Positions 39,571 to 53,006 of a stretch of 64,000 bases of DNA are shown in pieces. The DNA lies in NCBI GenBank assembly GCA_038087875.1, contig CM075988.1, positions 23,004,001-23,068,000 of the forward strand. Direction: 5' to 3'. A model generated the notes under the pieces. It was not told the DNA's origin, did no database searches, and saw only the letters and a program-made list of their open reading frames with translations. Both the position numbers and the translations under genes were made by a program. Each line of letters begins with the position of its first letter. Positions within the stretch are counted from its first letter, which is position 1. The stretch is from Malacoraja senta (lineage: Eukaryota).

Positions 39571-42500
39571 CAGGTGAAGGAATCTTCAACAAAACACAAT
39601 GTGCTGGAGTAATTCAGCAAATCAGGGAGGGAGTGGACAGGTCATTATCTCCATAGATGCTACCTGATCTGCTGAGTTACTGCAGCACTTTGTGTTTTGC
39701 TCAAGAGGTGAGTATTTTATGGATAGAAAATTAAGATCCATCATTTAAAACGGACGTCGGAGGATGATGGGATATATAATAATATCATATATTAGCAATT
39801 TATTAAATATTTTTATATAAGGTATCTCTTAATTAATATTTTTATATTAGATATTATATGGATTGACAATATAGAAAGAGCTGTCAGAAGAGGTAGTTGA
39901 GGCAAGTACTATAACAGTATTCAAAAGACACTTGGACAGGTACCTGAATAGGAAAGGTTTAGTGGGATTATGGGCCAAACACGGGAAAATTGGACTAGCC
40001 ATAGATAGGAAAGGTTTGGAGGGAGATAAGCTCAATATGGGCAAATGGGACAAGCTTAGATGGGGCATCTTGGTCTGCATATGCAGGTTGGGCCAATGTG
40101 TCGGAAGGAACTGCAGATGCTGGTTTAAACTGAAGATAGACACAAAAAGCTGGAGTAACTCAGCGGGTCAGACAGCATCACTGAAGATAAGGAATAGGTG
40201 ACGTTTTGGGTCGAGAATCTTCTTCAGACTGCCAATGGCCTGTTCCTCTATTGTACAATTCTACGAATCTATGAGTCTATGACTAATATATTTATATTAC
40301 ATCTTTAAATAAATTGCCAAACTATTCATCTCCTTACCCTTTTAAATAACAATGTTTTACATCGCAATTTTATATTTTAGGGCTAAACAGTATCAATGTA
40401 AACCACAGCCCAAGTAACACAGTTCAAATGAAGTATGTTGTGAAGTGTCAAAACTTCAAAGAGGATGTTTGTTGCTATTCAGCCAGCAACTGCACTGCCC
40501 TGATGTATATAAACCAAAAATGTATTTTCACACCTGTTTTGCATAACACATGAAATAAATAAAATTCACTGTTCGAGATTATTTTCATAAAAACAAAACA
40601 ATCTTATCTAGGTCATGCATAGACTTTTATGCATAAAGTTACTTACTGCTCTTAGAAAATGTCTGCTGTTTGCGTGAGAATTCTGGATGTATAAATACTG
40701 GATTAATGAGAGTTCATTGTAGGTTACAAGCTGACTAGAAACATAGGCAGTGTGCTTGAAAACCTGGAACAGACATTGTCTCTGAAACCGATGGACATTA
40801 ACTGAGCTGCTCCCGTATGAAACATATTGATAAGATTGTTAAGGGCTTGGACACGCTAGAGGCAGGAAACATGTTCCCGATGTTGGGGGAGTCCAGAACC
40901 AGGGGCCACAGTTTAAGAATAAGGAGTAAGCCATTTAGAACGGAGACGAGGAAACACTTTTTCCCACAGAGAGTGGTGAGTCTGTGGAATTCTCTGCCTC
41001 AGGTGGAGGCAGGTTCTCTGGATGCTTTCAAGAGAGAGCTAGATAGGGCTCTTAAGGATAGCAGAGTCAGGGGATATGGGGAGAAGGCAGGAACGGGGTA
41101 CTGATTGGGGGTGATCAGCCAAGATCACATCGAAGGGCCGAATGGCTTACTCCTGCACCTATTGTCTATTGTCTATTGTCTATTGAAGGGAAAGATTGCA
41201 ACCAGGAACTTGCAATGTCACTGGGTGAGGCTGCTGACCGTTGATCCTTAATCCCTATCAAGGATTATCAGGTGTCCAACTATTTATTATCGGAAACCTG
41301 AGTTTCTATATTGAACTTTATTGTCACATGTGACAAGTCACAGTGAAATTCTTTATTTACATGCCCAAGGTATGCAAATAGTCGCCCATAAAGGGCACTA
41401 ACAAAGTTACAAAGTACCCCTGCGCTAGAACCCCCTTTATTCTCCACCCCTCCCGCTCCTCACGGTAGTCCCCCCCCCCCCCCACATGCTGGGTTCTCCA
41501 TTGGTCTTCCCCCCGGCAACGGCGTCCTCACTTCCGCGAGTCCGTCCTCATCTATCGGTCGGCGCCATCATTGACCGCCACACCAACCTCTCCACTTTCG
41601 CCGCCGGGTCCTCTCCGGACATCTCCGTGACCCACCTCCGACCCGCTCGGGTCCAGGCTCGGCATCTTAGCGAATACTCATTGAAATGGGATGGAGAATA
41701 TATGTACGGATTGAACAAAGCCTATTGACTTGGCAAATAGGTTAATGATTTTAATGAAGTAACATGTTCTGGTTTTTGGACACAAATAGCTGGAGTAACT
41801 CAGCGGGACAGGCAGCATCTTTTAGTTTATACTTACCCTTCGGCCCACCGAGCCGAACCCCGCACATTAGCAGTATCCTACACACATTAGGGACAATTTT
41901 ACATTTATACCAAGCCAATTTACCTACATACCTGTACGTCTTTGGATTGTGGGAGGAAACCGAAGACCTCGGAGAAAACCCACGGAGGCCACGGGGAGAA
42001 CGTACAAACTCCGTACAGACCCGTAGTCGGGATCGAACCTAGGTCTCCAGCGCTGCAAGGCAGCAACTCTACCGCTGCGCCACCGTGCCGCCCTTGAGAG
42101 AAACCAAGACCCGAAACGTCACCCATTCCTTCTCTCCAGAGATGCTGCCTGTCCCGTTGAGTTACTCCAGCATTTTGTGTCTATCTTCGGTTTAAACCAG
42201 CATCTGGAGTTCCTTCCTACGCATGTTCTGCTTTTGTAAATGGGGCCATTAAATATTTGCTGCCTAGAGGCACTCCCTGCTTGCGTTGGATGTCCCCATC
42301 ACTCTTGGAATGTCTTACAAACTTCAATCCATGTCAGAACAAAAAAAACATTTCTCCATTGTTTCCATCGTTTAATTGCCTGATCATAAAAATGAATTAA
42401 TCCGACACACTTAGCTTTGAGGCACGTGTTTGCGAGGCTTAGAGTTCACCTAATGCAAACATAAATCATTTGTGTTTATATAATTTAAAACGGAGCATAG

Positions 42501-44218
42501 ATAGGAACAGAGAGTCACAATTTTGGGAAGTAACTGCAGATGCTGGTTTAAACTGAAGATACACAAAAAGCTGGAGTAACTCGGCGGGACAGGCAGCATC
42601 TCTGGAGGGAAGGAATGGGTGACGTTTCGTGTCGAAACCCTTCAGATAGTCACAATGTCTTTGTCAGTGGTAGGTGTATCAAAATCAAGAAGACACCGGT
42701 TTAAGACGATAGGGAGAAGTTTTAAAGGGGAGTTGAGGGGAAAGTTTTTTACACAAAGAGTGGTTAATATTTGGAACTTGCTGCCTGAGGAGGTGGTGGA
42801 GTCTGATTCAATCATTACGTTCAAAAGATATTTAGACAGGGACTTAAGTAGTCAAGGCATAGAAAGCAGAACTTAATGCGAGCAAATGGGATTAGTGTTG
42901 GTGAACGATCAACAACGACGAGACGGGTTAAAGAGCCAGTTCTATACTGCACAACTTTCCAATTCCACATTTGTCGGCAAGTCCCAAAAGATTAGATCCG
43001 CAGGCTCTCCCAAATCGCACAAACATCTTAAAGCTCCCCTTTGAAGCAGAAAATGCCTGGAAGCTGTTCGTTTCTCAGCACCAGTTGGAGGTCAAGAGAT
43101 GGTAATTAGCTTGGCAATGCTTTGAAGCAAACATTAATTCCAGGTGCGCCACACTTGCGGAATGTTGCCGACCATACTGCCGTCTTAAATGCCACAGGTT
43201 ATATCAACGCAACCAAGCTTTAGAAGCTTCAAAACAAGTATTTGCAGATTATCTTTCACAGTGACGCAGGTTCGATCCTGACTACGGGTGCTATCTCCAG
43301 GGGCGCTGGTTTCCTCCCACATTCCAAAGATGTGCAGGTTTGTAGATTAATTGGCTTCTGTAAATTGCTCCTAGTATGTTGGATGTGAGACAGGGATAAC
43401 ATAGAAACAGGCGAGTACGGGTGAATCGTAAATCGGCATGGACTCGGCGGGCCGAAGGACCTGTTTCTACATTGTATCTCGAAACCAAAACCAAAAATAC
43501 TAAACTTAATAGCGGCACAGCGGTAGAATTGCAGCCTTACAGCGCCAGAGACCCGAGATTGATCCTGTCTACGGGTGCTGTCTGTGTGGAGTTTGTACGT
43601 TCTCCCTGTGACCGTGTGGGTTTTCTATGGGAGCATTGGGTTCCTCCCACACACCAAAGGCGTGCAGGTTTGTTGGTTAATTGCCTTCTATAATTTCTCC
43701 CTTGTGTGTAGAACTGGTGTACGGTGATCATTGGTCAGCACAGACTCGATGGGCTGAGGGGCCTGTTTCTACGCTGTATCTCGAAAAACAATCAGAAAAT
43801 CCCAAAACACTCTTCAGCCCATCAGTGAAAATCCCAAAACACTCTGAGGGTGACATTCATCTTTGTTGATGCCAGCTCACCATAATCCTTTATCCCAATT
43901 CTGAAACTAGGACTTGAATACAGTCTCTCAGTCTCTTGACTAAGACTCCAGAACATTTGAATTCAAATGATATAGCACTATTTTTAAAGCACTGAACAGG
44001 GAGTGTCAGAGGCCTTGAGGGAGGGGACAAAGGCATAGCCTTAGGGAGGGAAGGAACATCGTGGGAGGGGGGGGGGGCATCGTGGGGGGGAGCGGAGATC
44101 TGCCTGGCGCAGATACTGTGTATACTTTGTAACTTTGTCAGAGCCCTTATGTGGCGACTATTTGCATACCTTGGGTCTTCAGAATTTCACTGTGACCTGT
44201 CACATATGACAATAAAGT

Positions 44219-44268
44219 ATTCATTCATTCATTCATTCATTCATTCATTCATTCATTCATTCATTCAT
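44219..44268. repeat. (ATTC)n tail of a retroelement 3' end
   Basis: ATTC array following GACAATAAAGT. Confidence 0.9.
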
Positions 44269-44984
44269 AGCCGTAGGAATTCATCATAGAGTTACCTGAC
44301 ATCCTCCATAAAGACACTTGGGTTGCCCTCTCCTTGGAGATCATTCCAGGTGGCAGCTAGAAATTCATGCTCATTCTCAATATACTGCTCACTGCAGCAG
44401 CAGAGAAGTCATCCAAGCTCTCGGTCAAGCAGCACCTATACAGTGAAGGAATAGGTGACATTTCGGGTTGAGACCCTTCTTCATTCTGAAGGCACGAAGA
44501 AGTACAAAGAACAAATGAGTGAAAGGTATGCAAAAGGAAAAAATCAAAGCCAGCAACGAAGATCAAGGAAAGGTGGAGCCCACAATGGTCCATTGTTGGC
44601 TGTGGAGAAGGTGAAGGGTCTTAACCCAAAATATTACCGATTCGTTTTCTCCCGAGATGCTGCCTGACCTGCTGAGTTACTCCGGCACATTGTGTCGATC
44701 TTCAGCGTAAACCAGCATCTGCAGTTCCTTCCTACACATCATTGCTCAAGCTGGATAAGCAGAATGGCACACTCTAATCCAAGTGCATTCTCACCAATGA
44801 CTTGTACAATTGTAACAACACCTTTGCAGGGTGATGGAGGTAAATGTGAGGAGTGGATCTAATTGTGCAACTCCATTAAGGAGCAGATCCATACTCAGCA
44901 AATGCAATGGAGAACTCTCCATGATGTGAATTTTGTGTCTTAAAGTTAATCTGATTTTTATAATTGTTTGATTTTTATAGAACA

Positions 44985-45796
44985 TTAGACCATGTGGGAG
45001 CCGTTGGGCCCTGTTCCCCCAACGCAATATTCCACCACTCACCCGTTCCCCAACGCAATATTCCACCACTCACCCGTTCCCCAAACGCAACCCATTTCCA
45101 CTACTCACCCGTTCCCCCAGTGTAACCCCGTTGCCCCAAAGCAATATTCCGCCACTCACCCATAGCTCTCAACTGCACAGGCACGGCTCATACACTCCCC
45201 CCTCCTTGTCACCCTCCCTCTTCTCTCCCCTCTTCTCCTCCCCTCCTCCATTCCCGCCCTCACCTCTCCCTCCCTCACCTTTTCCCTCGCCTCAGTCATT
45301 CCCTCTCTCACCTGTCCCCTATCGCACTCCCCCATTAAACACAATGTTTAATTATCATTTCTTCTCCTCCCCTCCTCCACTCCCTCCCTCTCCTAACAAC
45401 AATGTAACAAATCTCTCATTGCACTGGGTGGAACATTGTCGATTGGCAGCTTATGTAAATGAGATCCCATTGTGATGTCATTGTTGGGTGGAGCATTGTT
45501 CATGGCAGCTTATGTAAATGAGATCCCATTGTGATGTCATAGCTGCAAACTGCCAGAATCTGCCAGCAACTGCCACAACATATTGCTCTCAAAGTGGGGT
45601 TTTGTAAAGTTTTAAATGTCAATAACTTGTGAAATATAACATCAATCTGAACGAAACTTGACACAAATCACCACAGGACAATAGTGGGAGAGATGGTGCA
45701 AAAACTTTAGCATAGTTCCGGGATCATTCGAGCAGACACGCACGCTCAAACACACATAGAAATAAACAAGATACGTTTCAGTAATATATAGATAGA
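44985..45796 (-). mobile_element. Non-autonomous Helitron-like element with internal tandem repeats
   Basis: Minus strand begins A|TCTATCTATATATTAC and ends GGGCCCAACGGCTCCC (imperfect hairpin)-ACATGGTCTAA|T. No TSD. Internal repeats of about 30 bp (CCCCAACGCAATATTCCACCACTCACCCGTT) and about 60 bp. Confidence 0.55.
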
Positions 45797-46166
45797 TTGA
45801 GCAGTACAGGGCAGGAATGGCCCCATGATGTTTGTGCCGAACATGATGCCAAGTTAAACTGATCTCATCTGCCTGTACATTTCCAATATACCCACCATTC
45901 TCTGCACTTTCATGGGTCTATCTAAAAGCCTCTTAAACACCACTATCGTATCTGCCTCCACCACCACCCCTGGCAATGTGTTCCAGGCCCACACTGCTCA
46001 CTGTGTAAAACATTTGCCCCACACATCTCCATTAAACTTCCCCCCTCTAACGTTATAGCTCTAAAGTTGCACATTTCCACCTGGGAAAAAGGTTCTGACT
46101 TGTCTACCCTATCTACGCTTCTCATAATTTCATATACTTCTATCAAGTCTCCCCTCAACCTCCAAT

Positions 46167-46516
46167 TTAACCCCCTCCCATTCCCAATCGGACCTTTCTG
46201 TCCTGGGCCTCCTCCATTGTCAGAGTGAGGCCCAGCGCAAATTGGAGGAACAGCACCTCATATTTGGGTAGCTTACACCCCAGCGGTATGAACATTGACT
46301 TCTCGACCTTCAAATAGCACTTGTTTCCCCTCTCTCTCCATCCCCTCCCCCTTCCCATTTCCCCACCAGTCTTACTGTCTCCAACTACATTCGATCTTTG
46401 TCCCGACCACTCCCCTGATATCAGTCTGAAGAAGGGTCTCGACCCGAAACGTCACCCATTCCTTCTCTCCAGAGATGCTGCCTGTCCCACTGAGTTACTC
46501 CAGCATTTCGTGTCTG
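46167..46516 (+). mobile_element. Penelope-like element 3' fragment with hammerhead motif, inserted in CR1
   Basis: Same GIY-YIG C-terminal coding sequence as at 14010. Hammerhead core at 46426-46453. 15-bp TSD CCCTCAACCTCCAAT at 46152-66 and 46517-31. Confidence 0.82.
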
Positions 46517-47469
46517 CCCTCAACCTCCAATGTTCCAGAGAAAACAATCCAGGTCTATCCAACCTCTCCCTGTGGCTAAAACCCTCTAATCCAGGCACCA
46601 TTCTGGTAAACCTCCTCTGCACCCTCTCCAAAGCCTCCACATCTTTTCTGTAATGGGGCAACCAAAACTGCATGCAATACTCTATTTGCGCCTAACCAAA
46701 GTCCTACAGAGATGCATTTTTGTATGATTAATCACTGAAGCATAGCATATGATTATATATATTTTTTATTTTCTGAATTCATTAAAAATTTTATCTTTTC
46801 AAAACATAGGCTCAGTAGTACGTCAGTTCCGCGCAAGCGTAAGAATTTTATTCCTGTGAATAAAACTCATACAACATGAAGTAAAAAGGTTTAAAAAATA
46901 CATTTTATTCTGAAAAATATATTCTCTTGGCAATTAAAACAAATGACATATAGTTAAATGGAAAAATAAATTCAGAATAATTTGAATAAAAACTATTCCC
47001 ACATTATTTTGCCCTGTGAGATTAAACAATCTAATCACTGACCAGCACACGAGAAACAGCTGGAAAATATGGAAAGGTGCCATTTCTATTTTAATAAAGC
47101 TGAAATTTTAAACTGTGTAAAAGGGATTGGTTGCAAGAAAGCGATAGTTCCCCCTTCACCAATGGAAATTTGGTTAACCATTCAAGCATCAATAGGATTT
47201 ATTTTTTTCTTTCCTTCCGAAAGCAAAATGAACCTGGTGAGTTGTTTTTCCACGTGATGTGCGTGGTTTTACAATGTTCACTTGAATGATCCAAGAGTTT
47301 GAACATCTCATAGAAACGATCATTATAAAATCACCATCATCTCATGCTTCAATGGAAATTGAATGTCAAGCCTATTGACCTACAGGCAATAGAAATAACA
47401 TAAATAAAGCAATCTAGAGCTACACACTCAGGTAGTGTCAACTAATCCATTATCCATCATTCACATTAG

Positions 47470-47561
47470 TCTGAAGAAGGGTCTCGACCCGAAACGTCAC
47501 CCATTCCTTCTCTCCAGAGATGCTGCCTGTCCCGCTGAGTTACTCCACCATTTTGTGTCTA
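47470..47561 (+). mobile_element. 92-nt Penelope-derived hammerhead-bearing insertion
   Basis: Starts at tCTGAAGAAGGGTCTCGACCCGAAACGTC. Flanked by the 12-bp direct repeat CATTCACATTAG (47458-69 and 47562-73). Confidence 0.75.
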
Positions 47562-49873
47562 CATTCACATTAGGCCATTGGAAATCAATTTGGAGCTGGC
47601 TAATTGCAGTTTTAGTTCAGTGACCAATACATGAGCAGTGAACTCAATCACTGCGTATCAGCTTTGCATAATATGTACTTGGTATCGGCATGCAAACTTT
47701 ACATTTCATATGTAGTTGTCAGTCAAATGGAAACATAACAGCCAAAAAATGTCTTTGATCATCGAGTTGCTGTATTTCCGTAACTGATACAATGTTAAAA
47801 CGAGCATTCCAATGCCAATCTGGAACACCACGGAAACAGAAGCAACACTGGAAAGTAGCTCAAGCGATGAGAGTGGAGCAAGACGATGGAAGCAAGTCAG
47901 AACAATGATGTGCAGCTTCAGCAGGGCACTGCATTTCCAAGAGTAAGCTGAGCTGATTAAAGGCAGGTGAGGCCTGAGCTTGGTTTAGGTGGTGAGCAAG
48001 GGGGTAGACCTCACTGCACACGTCAATATTTGTGGTAGTCCTTCTGACCAAACCAATCTGCAATCACATTTGTAACAATCCTTCTCTATCCTGTATCCTG
48101 TATCTGTGCACTGTGGATGGCTGGATTGTAATCATGTATGGTTCACTCGCTGACTAGATAACACACTACAAAATGCTTTTCATCGTACCTTGGTGCACGT
48201 GACAATAGTAAGCTGAAATAAAATATCTAAATCTTCTCTCAGATACAAAATGATGAAAATGTTTTGTAATAAATGGTCGTTCAATTTTTTAAAGGTATAA
48301 AAAACATAAATTACATTTAAGTAGCTTGCATTAAAATTATAATCTTAAAATTGGTTGGTGTGGCTTCAGAAGTGTGTGCATTAAATGATTAGTCGCCGAT
48401 TGCTTTAGGGTAACATACAGTAATGGGTGAACTTTGGCAAAGCGATAAAAATCATGGCAAACAGCAGTCAACGTTCGAGATAAAAAATGTCACACACCTG
48501 ATCATAAGAATACATTTCTATGAAAAGAAAAGGTATTGGAATCAAGTAACTGTTGAATGAATTCTGAAATAAGGAAAGAGTAGTTCTTTCAAGTGAATGA
48601 ACTGTGGTGATTCAAATCACTTCTCCATCCACATTTATCACGTGAAATCGGGAATGGGATTATTAGTGCATCGATTGGATGGATTTTCAGATCACTGGTT
48701 GCATTCATTGTTAGGATGGTGGAATTTGCTGACTGCTGCATATTTAACATGTAAATGCTCTTCACTAACAATAAAAGCAGAAAGCATCCCAAATGTTAGC
48801 ATGTTCCCGCAAAAGCAAAACTAAAATATCCCGAAGCTCACAGTAAATGGCAAGCTGACTTAGCAAGGATCCTCCTTATCTGTGTGGCTCAATAGGTTTA
48901 TCCAGTGGTTAGTAAAAACATACAGGCTAGGAAGACCTGTATATTAGCAGAGTAGCTATTATTCTTCATCTCAGTGCCCTGTTTTACAGATCAGTTACTG
49001 CTGAAAAGTATTTAACTAATGTTTCCAGAATCCAACGTGTTGATATTTCCGTGACCACAGACAGATGTGCCGTGGAAAGCATTTTATCACTGCATGGTTT
49101 GGCTACAGCTCCATCCAAGACCGCAAGAAATGACAAAGAATTGTGGACGCAGCCCGGACCATCACACCGCCCGGACAACCTCCTTTCTATTAATTCCATC
49201 TACACTTCACACAAGACCACCGGCAAAATCAAGGATGAGTCTAACCTAGTCATCTTCTCCCCTCTCCCATCAGGCAAGAGGCACTGAAGTTTGAAAACGC
49301 ATACCTCCAGATTCAGGGACAGTTTCTTTCCAGTTAACATCAGACAATTGATCCATCCTATCACCAACTAGGTCAGACTCCCGAGCTATCATCTACCTCT
49401 TTGGAAACACTGGGACTATCTTTAATCAGACTTTACTGGGTTTTATCTTGCATTAAACGTTATTCCCATTATCATGTATCTGTGCATTGTGGACGGCTCG
49501 ATTATAATCATGCTGGCAGGTTAGCATGCAACATAAAAACTTTTCACTGTAGCTGTGTACCGTGACAATAAACTAAACAAACGAATTAACTACCTAAGGT
49601 AGAATATGCGACCAGGAGACATAGGGAGCAGCAGCACATGGTACTAACCCCCTTGCAAAAATACATTATAATTGGATGGAGCGTGAAAAAAAGTTACAGA
49701 GAAAATGAATGAAGAAAAGTTAAGGCAGCAGTAATTCTACTACTCTGGGTCTGGATGGCTTGGCCACACTGGTTTTACATTCTTGTTCAGAGGAATTACT
49801 CACATTTAAACACAACTAAAATTATTTACAGGCGCATAAGAAAGAAGATTGCAAAACATTCCTGATAATTTTT

Positions 49874-50194
49874 TCAATAGTCCAAACATTCACTTAGGGT
49901 TCCCCTCCAGAGATCCTCTGTGAGAAATCCCGATGAATAGTCCCTGTAGTCTGGGATTGTGAAGGACCCGTTTTCAGACACCGAGCCCATCTCCATGTTG
50001 TCTGGCATGCAGGAAAAGATGGAGCAGATAGCTGACGTGCAGCTGTAGTGTTGGTGGGCGAAGTACTCTTCCGAAGTCGGGTAAAAGGACTTAGGTTCCA
50101 AGTGCGAAGGTGGACAGAAGTCTTGCGGCGACAATGCAACACGCTGGGTGGAATATTCGTAATCCATTGAAGCGTAGGCAGGAGATCCTGCAAT
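49874..50194 (-). CDS. POU2AF3: POU2AF3/OCA-T2-like last coding exon
   Basis: Acceptor ttcctattag|ATT in phase 0. Reads IAGSPAYASMDYEYSTQRVALSPQDFCPPSHLE...EEYFAHQHYSC..AICSIFSC...ECLDY*, versus recalled human IPGSPS...LDYSYSP...APENYNSPASLD...EDHSYQH...SICYCASC. Proximity to POU2AF2 matches known synteny. Confidence 0.8.
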   Translation of the reverse strand: MAGSPAYASMDYEYSTQRVALSPQDFCPPSHLEPKSFYPTSEEYFAHQHYSCTSAICSIFSCMPDNMEMGSVSENGSFTIPDYRDYSSGFLTEDLWRGTLSECLDY

Positions 50195-52785
50195 CTAATA
50201 GGAACGGTACAATTATAAATGTGTACATTCGAAGAGATTTATGTCGCCAAATGTAATGAGCTCTCATATCTGTACACGGGAGACAGAAGGAACTGCAGAT
50301 GCTGAAATCTTGAGCAAAAACGACACAATGTTTAGTTTAGTTTAGAGATACAGTGCTGAAACAGGCCCACCGAGTCCGCACCGACAAGCGATCCCCACAC
50401 ACTAACACTATCCTACACACACTAGGGACAATTTACAATTTTACCAAGCCAATTAACCTACAAACCTGCGCGTCTTTGGAGTGTGGGAGGAAACCGGAGC
50501 ACCCGGGGGAAACCCTCGTGGTCACGGGGAGAACATGCAAACTCCAGCACTTTGTGTTTGTTTCTCTGTACAGTTGGTTCAAAGCCCGTTCTATGATATA
50601 AGCTAGGCTGGTAGTTTAGTGCCATAACTAGTGCAATAGGTTCTTCTGAACATGAACTCCGTACTTAATTACTCAAGTGAGAATTAAAAATCCAGTGCCA
50701 CATTTTAGAGGAAACATTATGAGTCTACTGAAGTATGAGTACTGAAACAATAGATATGAGTGTGTCTAAAGTATCTCTAAAGTTTAAAGTCCAAAGAGTG
50801 GATGGAGCCTTGAGTATTGCGAAGAGCTGGAGGGGAATAGAACTTGTGTGAATGGGTGATCGATGGTTGGCGTGGACTTGTCAACTAATCAACCAATCAA
50901 TCAATCAACCAACTAATCAATCAATCAATTCAAGTATCCAGTTTAATATTTATCACTTAGCCCCTGACCTCAAAAGAAATGAACAAGTCAAGCATCCAAA
51001 GGTTCTTTCACAGCTTTGAAAGTTTACTGTCATGTTTCTCGCTAAAGAAAACCCACTGAGGGAACTGTTCCAGAGCCTCTTGACCCAACGCGCTGTCGGA
51101 CCATTTCTCTCCACAGATGCTGCCTGGCCCATAGAGTTCCTCTAGCAGATAGTTACAAAGTGCTTGAGTAACTCAGTGGATCAGGCGGCGTCTCTGGAGA
51201 AAGAGGACGTTTCAGGTCGGAATCCTTCTTCCACCTCTTCCTCCGGCAGTTTGTTTTTTTGTTCCATATTTCGGCATCTGCCATCTCTTGTGTCTCTATT
51301 TCACAGCCATATTTATCTATATTTCAAAAACTAAACATTAATCTGCAAAGCTCTTGCGGATATGTAGAGAAGTAGGAAGTTAACTAACTGTGAGGTATTG
51401 TTTCATATCTGCAACAATTTCTCCCAGTGTGTGCTGGGCTCATACTGTTAAGAACGTTGTAGATTTCAGATCAAGTTCCTAATAACTGCTATACTACAAG
51501 ATGATTGAATTCTTCAAATGAAGATATCACAATAACTGCTTTACTACAAGATAAAGATGATTGAATTCTTCAAATGAAGATATCACAACAACTTGCGTCA
51601 AGAGCAGCAAAGTTCTAATCCTCAGGGTTGACCAATATTAGGAGTGTAATTGGTAGTCTACATTATCCCGTGGGAAGGAAGGCTTGTATGTGCAACTTTA
51701 TATAATCTCAAAGTATTTTGCAGCTAATGAAAGATGTTTGGAGTTATATTGCTCTTAGGCAGGCAGCATCTCTGGAGAGGAAATCGGGAGATATGAAAAT
51801 GTACATAGAACAAATTAATGAAAGATAATTTGTGGAGCCCACAATGGTCCATTGTTGGTGATAACTAGTAATACAAACAGTGAAACTCAGCAGGATGACA
51901 GTGAAACTAATACGATGACTAGGGTGGGTCATATTTCCTCCAACTTCTAAGGAATTAGATATAATGGGAATGAAAGATTACAGAAAGGCTTCCAAGATTA
52001 GCCATTGACCATCAAGGTTAGGCAGAAGAAATGTGTAGGAAGGAACTACAGATGCAAGTTTACACAGAAGATAGACATAAAATGCTGGAGTTAATAGCGG
52101 GACAGACAGCATCTCTGGATAGAAGGAATTGGTGATGTTTCTGGTCAAAACCCTTCTTCAGACTGAGATTCAGGGGAGTGGGAGACACAGAGATAAGGAA
52201 TGGTAAAGTGTGTGAAAACGAGATAAAAAAAGATGAAGTTTTAGGGGTCTATGTATGGTTGGGCAGCATGAGAGAGAGCAAATTTAATCTAGGACAAAAA
52301 ATAAGCAGTGATCATAATGTCCTGACTAATTAAAAAGGCGACGGACAATTCAATGCAAAGTTATTCCAGCACTTTGTGCCTATCCCTGGAAATAAACCAG
52401 ACATGGTACATGTGCAGGAAGGAACTGCAGATGCTGGTTTACACCGACAGAGACACAAAAAGCTGGAGTAACTCAGCGGGCCAGGCAGCATCTCTGGAGA
52501 GAAGGAATGGGTGACGTATCGGGTCGAGACCCTTCCTCTGACTTTTTTTTGTGTGTGTCTATCTTCGGTTTAAATCAGCATCTGCAGTTCCTTCCTACAA
52601 ATTCAATTCAAAGAACGACCTGAAGTAGAGAAAATTGAAAATTATTTGTTGCTACATTTTGAACATTGCTTTATTTTGGTGAAGTGAGATGTCACAGAGA
52701 AACGCCGTTGAAGGTGAATACTTAATAACTGTGTCAAGGGGGTCGTATAGCAGTGGGCTGGGAGTGTAGAGAGGTGTTTACTTAC

Positions 52786-53006
52786 CACAGCTGAGTGACT
52801 GCAGTGGGCTGGTGTCTGGTAACAGGCGGGGGGGTTGCAGAAGCTAGAAGTGTAAGTATTGTCAGCGCAGAGGTCAGACAGGCACGTCTCGTACACCTCG
52901 TCATACAAGATCGTGTTCTCGCCGTGCGAAGCATTCTCCGGGAACTGGCTGCCTTCATAGAAACTGGATTCACACCCGTTAGGTGGAGGGTTGTCATACT
53001 GAGGAG
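52786..53006 (-). CDS. POU2AF3: POU2AF3/OCA-T2-like penultimate coding exon
   Basis: Minus-strand acceptor tttgtttttacttgtggttccag|CT and donor GTG|gtaagt. The 221 nt (phase 1 to 0) read APQYDNPPPNGCESSFYEGSQFPENASHGENTILYDEVYETCL...HSAV, which aligns with recalled human YLQRGEFSSCVSCEENSSCLDQIFDSYL. Confidence 0.78.

Noticed and set aside
39110..39656. ORFs spanning N runs (also 60941-61393)
   Set aside because: They are artefacts of reading through assembly gaps.
45010..45160. CRISPR-like array
   Set aside because: These are tandem repeats of about 30 bp without unique spacers, in eukaryotic TE context with no cas genes.
51481..51587. 50-bp tandem duplication in the last POU2AF3 intron
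   Set aside because: It is a simple local slippage duplication with no sign of function.
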